A DNA stretch of 64,000 bases from Vicugna vicugna (lineage: Eukaryota): positions 322,312 through 386,311 of the forward strand of contig MU058205.1 in the NCBI GenBank assembly GCA_013265495.1, written 5' to 3'. The translations under genes and the position numbers were made by a program. This document shows, piece by piece, positions 26,538 to 39,200 of the stretch (within the stretch, counting starts at the first letter, position 1; every line of letters starts with the position of its first letter). Below the pieces are notes generated by a model. It saw nothing but the letters and a program-made list of their open reading frames with translations, searched no databases and was not told the origin of the DNA.

Positions 26538-27509
26538 ATAATGCTGCAGTGAACATAAGGGTATATATATTTTTTCAAATGAGTTTTTTCATTTTCTTTG
26601 GACAATACCCAGGAATGGAATTTCTGAATCGTATGTAGTTCTATTTTTAACTTTCTCAGTAAACTCCATCCTGTTTTCCATGGCGGCTGTACCACTTTAC
26701 ATTCCCACCAACAATGCACAAGGGTTCCCTTTTCTCTGCATCCTCACCAACACTTGTTATTTGTTGTCTTTTTGACATTCGTCATTTTGACAGGTGTGAG
26801 GTAGTATCTCACTGTGGTTTAATATGCATTTCCCTGATAATTAGTGCTGTAAGCAACTTTTCTGTCTGTTGGCCATCTGTATGTCTTCTTTGGGAAAATG
26901 TCTGTTAAGGTTGTCTGCCCATTTTTTAAGTCAGATTGTTTTTTGATGTTGAGTTGTATGAGTTCTTTGTATATTTTAGATATTAATATAGGTAATAAAA
27001 TATATTTTGTATATTTTAGATTATAATGCTGCAGTGAACATAAGGGTATATATATTTTTTCAAATGAGTTTTTTCATTTTCTTTGGACAATACCCAGGAA
27101 TGGAATTTCTGAATCGTATGTAGTTCTATTTTTAACTTTCTCAGTAAACTCCATCCTGTTTTCCATGGCGGCTGTACCACTTTACATTCCCACCAACAAT
27201 GCACAAGGGTTCCCTTTTCTCTGCATCCTCACCAACACTTGTTATTTGTTGTCTTTTTGACATTCGTCATTTTTAACAGGTGTGAGGTAGTATCTCACTG
27301 TGGTTTGATATGCATTTCCCTGATAATTAGTGCTGTTAAGCAACTTTTCTGTCTGTTGGCCACCTGTATGTCTTCTTTGGGAAAATGTCTGTTAAGGTTG
27401 TCTGCCCATTTTTTAAGTCAGATTGTTTTTTGATGTTGAGTTGTATGAGTTCTTTGTATATTTTAGATATTAATATAAGTAATAAAATATATTTTGTATA
27501 TTTTAGATT
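26538..27509 (+). repeat. Tandem duplication, 2 x ~486 bp (26538-27022 / 27023-27509)
   Basis: Manual alignment; about 5-6 differences. Confidence 0.95.
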
Positions 27510-27731
27510 ATCCCCTTATCTGATACGTCATTTGTGAGTATCTTCTCCCATTTAGTAGGTGGCCTTTTTTTTTTTAAGTCAGATTGTTTTTTGATGTTGA
27601 GTTGTATGAGTTCTTTGTATATTTTAGATATTAATATAAGTAATAAAATATATTTTGTATATTTTAGATTATCCCCTTATCTGATACGTCATTTGTGAGT
27701 ATCTTCTCCCATTTAGTAGGTGGCCTTTTTT
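27409..27731 (+). repeat. Tandem duplication, 2 x ~161 bp joined in a T-tract
   Basis: ttttttaagtcagattg...taggtggcctttttt repeated with no difference seen. Confidence 0.95.
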
Positions 27732-27884
27732 GTTGTGTTGATAGTTTTGTTCACCGTTCAAAGCTTTTTAGTTTGTTTATTTTTGCTTTTGTTTCCCTTG
27801 CCTAAGGAAACATATCCAAAAAATCACCATGAAGACTGATGTCAAAGAGTGTGCTGCCTGTTTTCTTCTAGGAGTTTTGCAGTT

Positions 27885-30800
27885 TCAGGCATTACATTCA
27901 AGTCTTTAACTCATTTTGGGTTAATTTTTGTGCATGGTGTAAGACAGTGATTCAGTTTCATTCTTTTGCGTGCAGCTGTCCAGTTTTCCCAGCACCATTT
28001 ATTGAAGAGATTGGTCTTTCCCCATTGCATACTCTTGGCCCCTTTGTCATAAATTAACTGACCATATATGCGTGGATTTATTTCTGGGCTCTTGACTCTG
28101 TTCCACTGACCTATGTGTCTGTTTTTATGCCAATATCATACGGTTTTGATTATCCAGCTTTCATTCTTCATGACAGTGCTGTGAGTAGGGAGAGATAGAA
28201 ATCTTGAGGAAAAAAATCACCAGGTACCAGTCCTTAATATACCTCCAGACGTGGGATCTAGTCTGAGCTTAAGTCTCCAAATGTCCACAGTTTCCTGAAA
28301 ATTAAGAAAAAGCCATGTGCTCAAGATTTCTAAAGGTTTCCCCACTCTGTCCTGTGAACTCAGCTTGAGAAGAGAGAAAGAGGGGGTGGCCGGGGGAGAC
28401 CAGCCAATTTCCCAGCCTATGTATTTGTTCTACTCTATTTCCTGCAAACTTCTGAAAACCCACCCCAGGGAGCAATATTGTGTGCATTGCACAGCCCACG
28501 AGTTTTGATCAGGGAAACTGTTGCCTCCAACTGAAAAACAGCCAAAGTTTGGAAACGAATCTCAGAGCAAGAGAGTGGGGGAGAGAATGTCAGAGCTGCC
28601 AGAGGGGGGGAGCAGGAAGGGGTCCCGAGCCCCGCTGTCCATCCCCGGGTCAGTGACCCGCAGGGCGCCTCCCTGTTCCTTCATTTCTTTATGAAGATGA
28701 CTTCACACTGGCTCTTCTCAGAGGCCATTACAGCCCCAGTTCCATCGCACAAGGGGAGGAATCACGAACTTGCTGTAGGAGAGTTTGAACCTCCCAGCCT
28801 TCCGCCCAGCTCCAACGTGTGACTTTTGGCGAAGCTCAGGCTGCCTGCCGTCCGCTTTGGCCCTGCTCTGAGTCCCACCCCCACCCCCATTCAGCTGGGA
28901 GGAAATGCAATCCATGTGTCTGGGACAGAGTCCTCCTGACTCATCACAATGTGTCTTTGTCACGGAGGGTTGAGCTGGCTTCTCCTTGCATCCCCTCAGA
29001 CTCGGGAAGCGCGGGGCCAGCCTCGGGCTCAGAGGAATTGAGGACCCCGTGGGCTCTGACCTTGCAGAAGCCCTAGCTGGGGTCCACCAGCTTCTTGGCT
29101 CTACCTTGGTCTTAACCCATCTCCCATCTCCAGCTACTTGGCCTTCAGCCCCCGAAATCTCCAATGACTCCCTTATGGCCAGTGGTTTAAATGCTAAACA
29201 CCCTTTGCATACATGTCAAGATGACCCACGTGCTGCAAACTGACCAGAAGGTACGGGTAGCGGCTTCCCTCCTCGTCAACTACGAATGTCATGGTGAGCA
29301 CAACACGAATGAGACAGTTGTCAGCAGGTGTGAAAACAGCCACTGCCTCCGGCCCTAGCTCCTTGGCGAGGTCCTGCTCTGTGTCCGTTTGGGCTCCCCT
29401 ACAAGCATCTTGCCTGCAAGGTGTGCTGCGAGCCCGACCCTGTGAGCGCCTCGGCATCGAGCCTTCTGTTCAGTCAGGTGACATGTCCCCCGCAGGGAGG
29501 GGCGGGGCTGAGGGCCCAGCAGGGGCCACACTGAAAGCTCGGCTGGAGGGGAGGGCTTCCGAGACCCCCGTCCTCACACCTCATCATGTAGGTGCTCATG
29601 CCGTCCTTCTAGCAACCACGTGTCCTAAAGACCACTTATTCCACCAATGAAAAATTATTTCTGATACCTCATAGGCTAGCAGGCTCTCTGTGCAGATTTA
29701 TACAATGACATCTTAAGCACTTGCTAAAGCTGCCTGTTGAGTGTTCGTGATCGCTTATTAACCACTCTTAGGGTGTAAAGTTAACGTCTCACTTTTCTAA
29801 ACACGTCACAGGGTCACACGGCAGTATTTTGAAATCTATGGCAAACAGTATTATAGAGTGTTCTGGCCCTAACCAACTTCTTCCAGCTTCTCTCTGATTA
29901 CTTCTCTATACAGACCCCCAAACTCTGGTTAGACTGTCCATTGTCACAAGAATAGAAGAGGTTATTTTTTCTCTGAATTCATTTATTTAAAGATAGAACA
30001 CAGCCATTCAACATCACGGAACACAATATCAACACACGGAATAAATCTGGAGAATTAAATTGAATTGGTGTATTTCATACATTAGTAAATATCTTAAAAG
30101 AAGCAAACAGAGATTTTAAGATCCATTAAGACATGAATGACACAAGTAACTAAGAGTTTCTCCCTAAGTTAACAGTGGAACCACCCGATGTTCAGGTTGA
30201 AAGATTCCCCATCCAGGTAACTTGAATATTTGGCCCAACCCACATGTCCTGCGGGACTGGGGATGCCTCGTGCCTTCCCAGGACTGCCTGGTACTGCCAG
30301 GTGCCTGCCACCATCAGGCATTACATTCAAGTCTTTAACTCATTTTGGGTTAATTTTTGTGCATGGTGTAAGACAGTGATTCAGTTTCATTCTTTTGCGT
30401 GCAGCTGTCCAGTTTTCCCAGCACCATTTATTGAAGAGATTGGTCTTTCCCCATTGCATACTCTTGGCCCCTTTGTCATAAATTAACTGACCATATATGC
30501 GTGGATTTATTTCTGGGCTCTTGACTCTGTTCCACTGACCTATGTGTCTGTTTTTATGCCAATATCATACGGTTTTGATTATCCAGCTTTCATTCTTCAT
30601 GACAGTGCTGTGAGTAGGGAGAGATAGAAATCTTGAGGAAAAAAATCACCAGGTACCAGTCCTTAATATACCTCCAGACGTGGGATCTAGTCTGAGCTTA
30701 AGTCTCCAAATGTCCACAGTTTCCTGAAAATTAAGAAAAAGCCATGTGCTCAAGATTTCTAAAGGTTTCCCCACTCTGTCCTGTGAACTCAGCTTGAGAA

Positions 30801-32742
30801 GAGAGAAAGAGGGGGTGGCCGGGGGAGACCAGCCAATTTCCCAGCCTATGTATTTGTTCTACTCTATTTCCTGCAAACTTCTGAAAACCCACCCCAGGGA
30901 GCAATATTGTGTGCATTGCACAGCCCACGAGTTTTGATCAGGGAAACTGTTGCCTCCAACTGAAAAACAGCCAAAGTTTGGAAACGAATCTCAGAGCAAG
31001 AGAGTGGGGGAGAGAATGTCAGAGCTGCCAGAGGGGGGAGCAGGAAGGGGTCCCGAGCCCCGCAGTCCATCCCCGGGTCAGTGACCCGCAGGGCGCCTCC
31101 CTGTTCCTTCATTTCTTTATGAAGATGACTTCACACTGGCTCTTCTCAGAGGCCATTACAGCCCCAGTTCCATCGCACAAGGGGAGGAATCACGAACTTG
31201 CTGTAGGAGAGTTTGAACCTCCCAGCCTTCCGCCCAGCTCCAACGTGTGACTTTTGGCGAAGCTCAGGCTGCCTGCCGTCTGCTTTGGCCCTGCTCTGAG
31301 TCCCACCCCCACCCCCATTCAGCTGGGAGGAAATGCAATCCATGTGTCTGGGACAGAGTCCTCCTGACTCATCACAATGTGTCTTTGTCACGGAGGGTTG
31401 AGCTGGCTTCTCCTTGCATCCCCTCAGACTCGGGAAGCGCGGGGCCAGCCTCGGGCTCAGAGGAATTGAGGACCCCGTGGGCTCTGACCTTGCAGAAGCC
31501 CTAGCTGGGGTCCACCAGCTTCTTGGCTCTACCTTGGTCTTAACCCATCTCCCCTCTCCAGCTACTTGGCCTTCAGCCCCCGAAATCTCCAATGACTCCC
31601 TTATGGCCAGTGGTTTAAATGCTAAACACCATTTGCATACATGTCAAGATGACCCACGTGCTGCAAACTGACCAGACGGTGCGAGCAGCAGCTTCCCTTC
31701 TCGTCAACCGCGAATGTCACTGTGAGCACAACACGAACAAGACAGTTGTCAGCAGGTATGAAAACAGCCACTGCCCCCGGCCCTAGCGCCTTGGCAAAGT
31801 CCTGCTCTGTGTCCTTTCAGGCTCCCCTACGAGCATCTTGCCCGCAAGGTCCGCTGTGAGCCCGACCCTGTGAGCGCCTCTGCATCAAGCCTTCTGCTCA
31901 GTCAGGAGAGAGCGTCCCCCACAGGGAGGGGCGGAGCTGAGGACCCAGCAGAGGCCGCACTGAAAGCTCGGCTGGAGGGGAGGGCTTCTGAGACCCCCAT
32001 CCTCACACCTCATCATGTAGGTGCTCATGCAGTCTTTCTAGCAACCACGTGTCCTAAAGACCACTTATTCCACCAATGAAAAATTATTTCTGATACCTCA
32101 TAGGCTAGCAGGCTCTCTGTGCAGATTTATACAATGACATCTTAAGCACTTGCTAAAGCTGCCTGTTGAGTGTTCGTGATCGCTTATTAACCACTCTTAG
32201 GGTGTAAAGTTAACGTCTCACTTTTCTAAACACGTCACAGGGTCACATGGCAGTATTTTGAAATCTATGGCAAACAGTATTATAGAGTGTTCTGGCCCTA
32301 ACCAACTTCTTCCAGCTTCTCTCTGATTACTTCTCTATACAGACCCCCAAACTCTGGTTAGACTGTCCATTGTCACAAGAATAGAAGAGGTTATTTTTTC
32401 TCTGAATTCATTTATTTAAAGATAGAACACAGCCATTCAACATCACGGAACACAATATCAACACACGGAATAAATCTGGAGAATTAAATTGAATTGGTGT
32501 ATTTCATACATTAGTAAATATCTTAAAAGAAGCAAACAGAGATTTTAAGATCCATTAAGACATGAATGACACAAGTAACTAAGAGTTTCTCCCTAAGTTA
32601 ACAGTGGAACCACCCGATGTTCAGGTTGAAAGATTCCCCATCCAGGTAACTTGAATATTTGGCCCAACCCACATGTCCTGCGGGACTGGGGATGCCTCGT
32701 GCCTTCCCAGGACTGCCTGGTACTGCCAGGTGCCTGCCACCA
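27885..32742 (+). repeat. Tandem duplication, 2 x 2429 bp (27885-30313 / 30314-32742)
   Basis: Junction ...gtgcctgccacca|tcaggcattacattc...; the ORF track shows paired near-identical ORFs offset by ~2428-2429. Confidence 0.97.
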
Positions 32743-33659
32743 GACTCCCACTTCAAACTCCTGCTCTTACCTGATCTCTCAGCCCCTCCTGCCTCATCCC
32801 TGCAGCTGCACAGCCCCCCTCCCCACCAACCTCCCTTCCCCCTCCCCTCCAACACCCCCCTCCCCAGACCCCAGCTTTCTCCTCCTTCCTCCAGAGAGCA
32901 TGCAGCCTCTTACTCTTTCTTCTCCAAGCACAGCTCACAGCATGCTATTGGATCCAACCTTCTGTGCCTGATGTTTTGGGGTTAGGAAGAGCTGAGCCCA
33001 AACGTTGGATTCATTAATTCATCAGTTCCTCTCCTGGGCACTGTAAACCCTGCCTCTTCTCCTGGGTGCCAGCCTGTGGCCATATTGCTGGGACTCATTC
33101 CTCCCCTCTGCGGGGAAGCTGCTCCCTTTCCCCATTTACTGATCCCAAGGTCAAACCCTCCGTCCCTCCAGGACCACCAAGGAATGTCTGCCGTAACCTC
33201 TCCCACTCAGGTTAATTTTTATATAACCAAAGAGCCACTGAGGTGTTCCACAGACCCAGGAGACTTTTCCTCCCTTAGAGGAATTTTGCTAGACCAAATT
33301 GTCCTAGAATTTGGCATTGGACTAGACCACAATGCCTCCGTTTCCCCATTGCTGAGGCTCTGTGTGTGTACGCTCACAGGGGCGCTGGGTAAAGACAATT
33401 TCTTAATTATTTTATTTTCACTGCAATAATCTAGGAATTCAAACTAAACATATTCCAGATCACCTGGGTGACCTAGGAGATTTTAGTAGCCCCGCTGATA
33501 TTTCATGGTTATATTTATTTATGATCAGGTTGGCACAAGTGATTGCCTAAATCCCTTAACTAACCATACAGAGTTTTGCACACATGACCTCAAACCCTGA
33601 AGCTTGAAGGACTAGTTCCAGAATCTGAAACAGTTTTCTTTAAAAGGACAACACAGTAC

Positions 33660-33910
33660 TTAATGGTAGAATATATATATATTGTAGTGAATATATAGTG
33701 ACTACATATATATGCTATAAATAATGACTAAATATATATATGCGATATGCTACATATTTCATATATGTGGGTATGTGTGTGAGTGTGTGTGTGTGTGTAT
33801 AAAATACTATAATATATATAATAACTAATTTCCAGATCCTGAAGCTGGTCACTATGGGGGAGGTGTGGTTCTCTATATAAATGTTATTCCATTTGGCATA
33901 TATATAGGCG
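33660..33910. repeat. (TA)n/(TG)n-rich low-complexity tract
   Basis: Direct reading. Confidence 0.8.
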
Positions 33911-34966
33911 TCATACATAAGTGGCCGGCTTCAGGGTGTGGGACCATAGGCCCCTCTCCCTCTCCACCATTGCCCACGTCTCTCTGCCAAGTCATCCCAC
34001 TCACTTCCCTTCTCTCCGCTTAGTCACGACGCAGATCATCTTGGATAAGCTGATTGGGTGACTCTTTCCAGTGTGAAGTCCGTGGCCCTCACGCAGGCTG
34101 CAGTAGCCTCTCCGCCCTCTGGTCACAGGCTGGTCTCACTCCCCGCACCAGGACCGGCACAGCCAGCCCCTGAGGACACTACTCCTAAGGGGGAGAAAAT
34201 GGAATTCCTCCGAATTCCTTAAATTGTCCCCCAAACAGCCTCATTTTCTCATTACAGTGGCCTCGTTTTCCCCTAGAACTTATTTTTATGTATTATTTAT
34301 CTGTCATTTGATTTATGCATTCATTAAAGGAAACTTGTGTTTCCCTGGCAAAGACTGATGAAAATCTACTCCTAGGGTATGAACTTGACTCTTTCTGGAC
34401 AGATTTTAAAAAGCATTTTTGGGGGCATTTTCAATCTTACTTACATTTTGAGCATTTTCACTCACTCCAGGCAAAGGGAACAGTGTGTTGAAAGGCGTGC
34501 AGGTGGGAGACAGTGTGTCTGCTTTATGCCATGGGGCCGGATGAGAAGCGGGATGGTAGGTCAGGATACATACAGGGATAGGAAAGAGGCTGGCGGCAGC
34601 TGGACCAACTTTATTAAAGGTTTATTTACAGGCAAAGTTCTCTGACCTTGGAGCCTGTGAGCAATTGTAAGCAGGGACTGGTGGGACTGGTGGGATGTCT
34701 TCTTTGGTGCCAGTAGGAGAAGGGTTGGGAAGTGCACAGGAGGCAGGCACCTGCACCCAAAAGGGACCCTGGTTCCTGGCTGGCCTGGACTTGGCTGATT
34801 TTAACACCTGTGAGGTTGACTCACTTTCCTGAGTGTTTCTGGCTCGTCTCCTGGCCGAGGTCCAAGCTCCTTGAGGACAAGCACTGCTCCTGCACTGCTC
34901 CTGGCTATGAGTCCCTCCCTGGGTCCCATAGCTGGTGTTCAAGAATGCTTTGGTCATTTCACTTAC

Positions 34967-35099
34967 TTTTCTTTTTAGGGGTGGAAGTAATTAGGTTTAT
35001 TTGCTTATTTATTGAATTGATTAATGGAGGGACTGAGAATTGAATCTAGGACCTCGTGCATGCTAAGCACAAGCTCTACCACTGAGCTACACCCTCCCC
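34967..35099 (-). mobile_element. tRNA-derived SINE (Vic-1-like)
   Basis: Reverse complement reads ggggagggtgtagctcagtggtagagcttgtgcttagcatgcacgaggtcctagattcaatt (A/B boxes) plus an A-rich tail; imperfect TSD tca(c/g)ttact. Confidence 0.88.
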
Positions 35100-36299
35100 T
35101 CAGTTACTATTTTTGCTTTTTAAAGAATCACAAGTCTGCTGAAAGTACCATTGACAGAGGTGTTGATGGTTATCTTTGATTTTGACTCTCAGTCTGGGCA
35201 TTTCCACACAAACAGGACCACAGATTATGACCCCAGACTAGCATGGGTATGCTAAGTGAGCTTGGAAAAGCACTGATTTCTCTAGGTCACCATTTCCTCC
35301 CTAAAGGATGAGACCGTACCCCCACCTCCCTCCCGCATTGTGGAGACAGACGGACAGAAAGGCATGTTAGAAGGATGTGGCAATCAGTGTTGAAAACGGA
35401 CCATTGACTCTTCTCCCAGGAGATGTGTTTTTCTCACCCCACCACTGCCACCCAGGCCCCCAGGGGCAGGCCAGCCTTTCCCAGAGCACCTGGCCCCTCC
35501 CCACCGCATCCCAAACCTCACCAGCCAGATGAGGCAGGTCGGAGGTCGTCATTCATTTCACAGGGATGTGTGTCAGTTGCGCATCATACGACTCCCCTCT
35601 CTCTGATCCCAGATCCTTGCACATTGCCCACCTGGGCTCAGTGGGCCCCCCAACACCCGCCTGATGGCAACTTCTTCAAGTTGACCTGCAGCAAGGATGC
35701 AAGGGTAGGGGCATTGCCCATCGGAGCTCCCATCTCTGCAAAGAGCAGTGGATTCATCATGAGGACACAGCTAGGGGTGACAGCCCAGAATTCCAAAGGA
35801 GCCCAGGGTCAGGCTCTGAGGACGAGCACCCTGTCCCGCTGGGTTTCCATGTGGACCCAGGATTCATGCCTAATGCCCAGGGCCTGGTGATAAACACAGG
35901 CAGGGGCCCCACCGCACACTCTTCCACCTCCTCCCAGCAGCCGACAGTCCTCCCCTACCTGCCAAGCACCCACAGGACCAGTCACCCACAAGTACTGCAC
36001 ACCTGGTGGCAGGTCTTTTCCCCTCTTAACACTCAGTGCTGAGCTCACCCACTAGGCTGAGCTTGGAAAGAGAACTAGCAATAAATTTCAAATGTGTTCC
36101 ACATAAATGAGAGTAGCAAACATGAGTTGTCCATTGAAAGAGCTAGCTTTTCTATAACCACGTTAGTGTTTTACTAGCAATGAAGTGTTTTACTTGGGAC
36201 TGGAGTGACATGAAAATCACTGTTGCCCAGAGATTTCTCCATTTTTGTTGTCAGGCTTCCACCATTTACCTCTGAACTGCTACCTAAGTCTAATAGTAT

Positions 36300-39200
36300 T
36301 TTCCCCCTTCAGAAAAATACCCGGAAGTGGAATGACTGGATGGTAGGTAGGTCTATTTTTAATTTGGGGGGGAAATTCTATACTGTTTTCCATAGTAGCT
36401 GCACCAATTTCCATTCCCATCAACAGCACACAGGCTTCCCTTTTCTCCACATCCTTACCAACACTTATTATCTGTTGTCTTTGCAGTAATAGCCATTCTG
36501 ACAGTTGTGCAGTGCTATGTCACAGTGGTTTTGATTTGGATTTCCCTGATGATTAGCAACGCTGAGCATCTTTCCATGTGTCTGTTGGTCATTTATATGT
36601 CTTCTTTGGAAAAACGTCTGTTCAGGTCCTCTGATCATTTTGTGATCGGGTTGTTTGTGGTTTGCCTTTGGTTTTGTTTCTGATGTTGAGTTGTATGACT
36701 CGTATGACTTGTCATACGACTTGTATGACATCTTTGTATATGTTAGATATTAGTCCCTTAGGAAAGACACCATTTGCAAATATCTTCTTTCATTCAGTAG
36801 ATGGCCTTTTCATTTTGTTAATTGTTTTCCTTTGCTTGTGAAAGCTTTTTAGTTTAATGCAGTCCCATTTGTTTATTTTTGTCTTTGCTTCCCTTACCTG
36901 AGAAGAAATGTTTTAAAATATTGCTAAGACCAATGTCAAAGAGCGTATTGTTCTTCTAGGAGTTTAAAAGTTTCAGGGTTTACATTTAAGTCTTTAATCC
37001 ATTTGAGTTTATTTTTGTATATAGTGTGAGAAAACAGTCCAGTCCAATTATTTTGCCTGTAACTGTCCAGTATTCCTAACACCATCTATTGAAGAGACTG
37101 TCTTTTCCCCATTGTATATTTTTGCCTCTTTTGTGGTAGATGGATTAACCATATAAATATGGGTTCATTTCTGCTCCATTGATCTATGTGTCTGTTTTTT
37201 TGCCAGTATCATATTTTTATTGCTATAACTTTAAAGTATAGTTTGAAGTCACGGAGTGTAATGCCTTCAGCTTTGTTCTTTCTCAAGATTGTTTTGGCTA
37301 TTTGGAGTCTTTTGTATTTCCAGATAAGTTTTAGAATTATTTGTCTTGGTTCTATAAAAAATGTCATTGGCATTTTGGTAGGGATTGCACTGAATGAGTA
37401 GTTTGCCTTGGGTAATATGGTCATTTTAACAATATTAATTCTTCCAGTGCATGAGCACAGCATATCTTCCCTGTGTCTGTGTCATTTTCAGTTTGTTTGT
37501 TCAGTCTATGTCTTTTACCTCCTGGGTTAGATTTATTCCATGATATTTTATTCTTTACAATGTAATTATAACTGGAATTATTTTCTTAATTTCGCTTTCT
37601 GATAGTTTGTTGTTGGCCAATAGAGGTGTAACAGATTTCTGAATATTAATTCTGAATTGTGAAACTTTACTGAATTCGTTTATCAGTTCTAATAGATTTT
37701 TGGTGGCATATTAGGATTTTCTCTGTTCCGTATCATTTTGTCTGCAGACAGTGACAATTATACTTCTTTCTTTCCAATTTGGATTATTTTTATTCCTTTT
37801 TCTTGAAATAGAAAGTGGCTAGGACTTCCAATACTAAGTAATAAAAGTGGTGAGAGTGGGCTTCCTTGTCTTGCTCCTGATCTTAGAGAAAATGCTTTCA
37901 GTTTTTCACCTCTGAGTATGATGTTGGCTGTAGGTTTGTCTATATGGCCTTTACTGTGTTAAGGTATGTTATCTCTCTCCCTAATTTGTTGAGTTTTATT
38001 CAAAAACGGATGTTGAATTTTGTCAAAAGCTTTTTCTACATCTATTGAGATGATTATATGATTTTTAGTCTTCAATTTGTTAATGTGGTGTATCACACTG
38101 ATGGATTTGTGGATGATGAACCATCCTTGCATTTCTGGAATATATTCCCTTGATAATGGTATATAATCCTTTTAATGCATTTTGCAATTTAGTTTACTAG
38201 TATTTATACTGAGTTGAAGATGTTTTTTGCATCTATGTTCATCAGGAATTGTTGGTGTAAGTTCCTTTTTTTGTAGTGTCTTTGTCTGGTTTTGGTATCA
38301 TAAAATGTGTTTGGATGCATTCTTTCCTCAATTTTTTTTTTTTGAGGATAATTGTTAAACCTTTAAATGTTTGGTAGAATTCACCTGTGAAGCTGTCCCA
38401 TCCAGAACTTTTGTTTCTTTGAAGTTTCTCTTATTATTGATTCAATTTCATACTGGTAATCAGCTAATTTATATTACCTATTTCTTCCTGATCCAATGTG
38501 GGAGATTGTACACTTCAAGGAAGAAATACTTCAGTCATCACTTTCATTCTGTGTGTGTCTTTAAATCTGTAGTGAGTCTTTTATAGGCAGCATGTCTATG
38601 GGTCTTTATTTTTTTTTTTTGATCAACTCAGCTGCTCTGTGTCTTTTGATTGGAGCATTTCTTCCATTTGCATTTAAAGTAATTATTGATAAGTATGTAC
38701 TAATTGCCATTTTATTAATTAGTTTTCAGTTGTTCTGTGATTCTTTTTTTCGTTCCTTTCTTCTTCTCTTGCTTTTCTCCCGTGTGATTTGATGTTTTTA
38801 ACTGCCTTTGGTGTTGTTTTTGGATTCCTTTTTCTTTTGTGTGTGTGTGTGTGTGAGTGTGTGGGTGTACCTGCCATGGATTATTTGTTTTTGGTTACTG
38901 TGAGGTTCAAATATAACTATATATATAGGTGTATATATAGTTACTTTGATGATCTCAAGTTTGAATGTGTTCTAACCACCCTACATTTTATGTACTCCTC
39001 ACGTTTAGTGTTTTGACATCATATTTCACATATTTTTGTTTTGTGTATCCCCTAAATACTTATTGTGGATAAAGATGATTTTACCACTTTGTCCTTTAAC
39101 CTTTATACTAGTTTATAAGTGTTTGATCAACTGCCTTTACTGTATGTTTGATGTTCCCAATGGGATTTTTCCTTTTGTATTTTCATATTTGTAGTGGTGG

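Larger units (their letters stand above)
25590..28165 (-). mobile_element. L1 3' portion (3'UTR and ORF2 end) containing two internal tandem duplications
   Basis: Antisense L1 motifs; ORF track [14 protein letters not shown] occurs twice. Confidence 0.9.

Noticed and set aside
29270..29330. Possible structured RNA or miRNA hairpin in the divergent core
   Set aside because: Only short, weak complementarity was seen, with no evident compensatory changes between copies; folding was not computed
26538..32742. CRISPR-like or prokaryotic array interpretation of the repeats
   Set aside because: The repeats are two-copy long duplications without spacers, in clearly mammalian DNA
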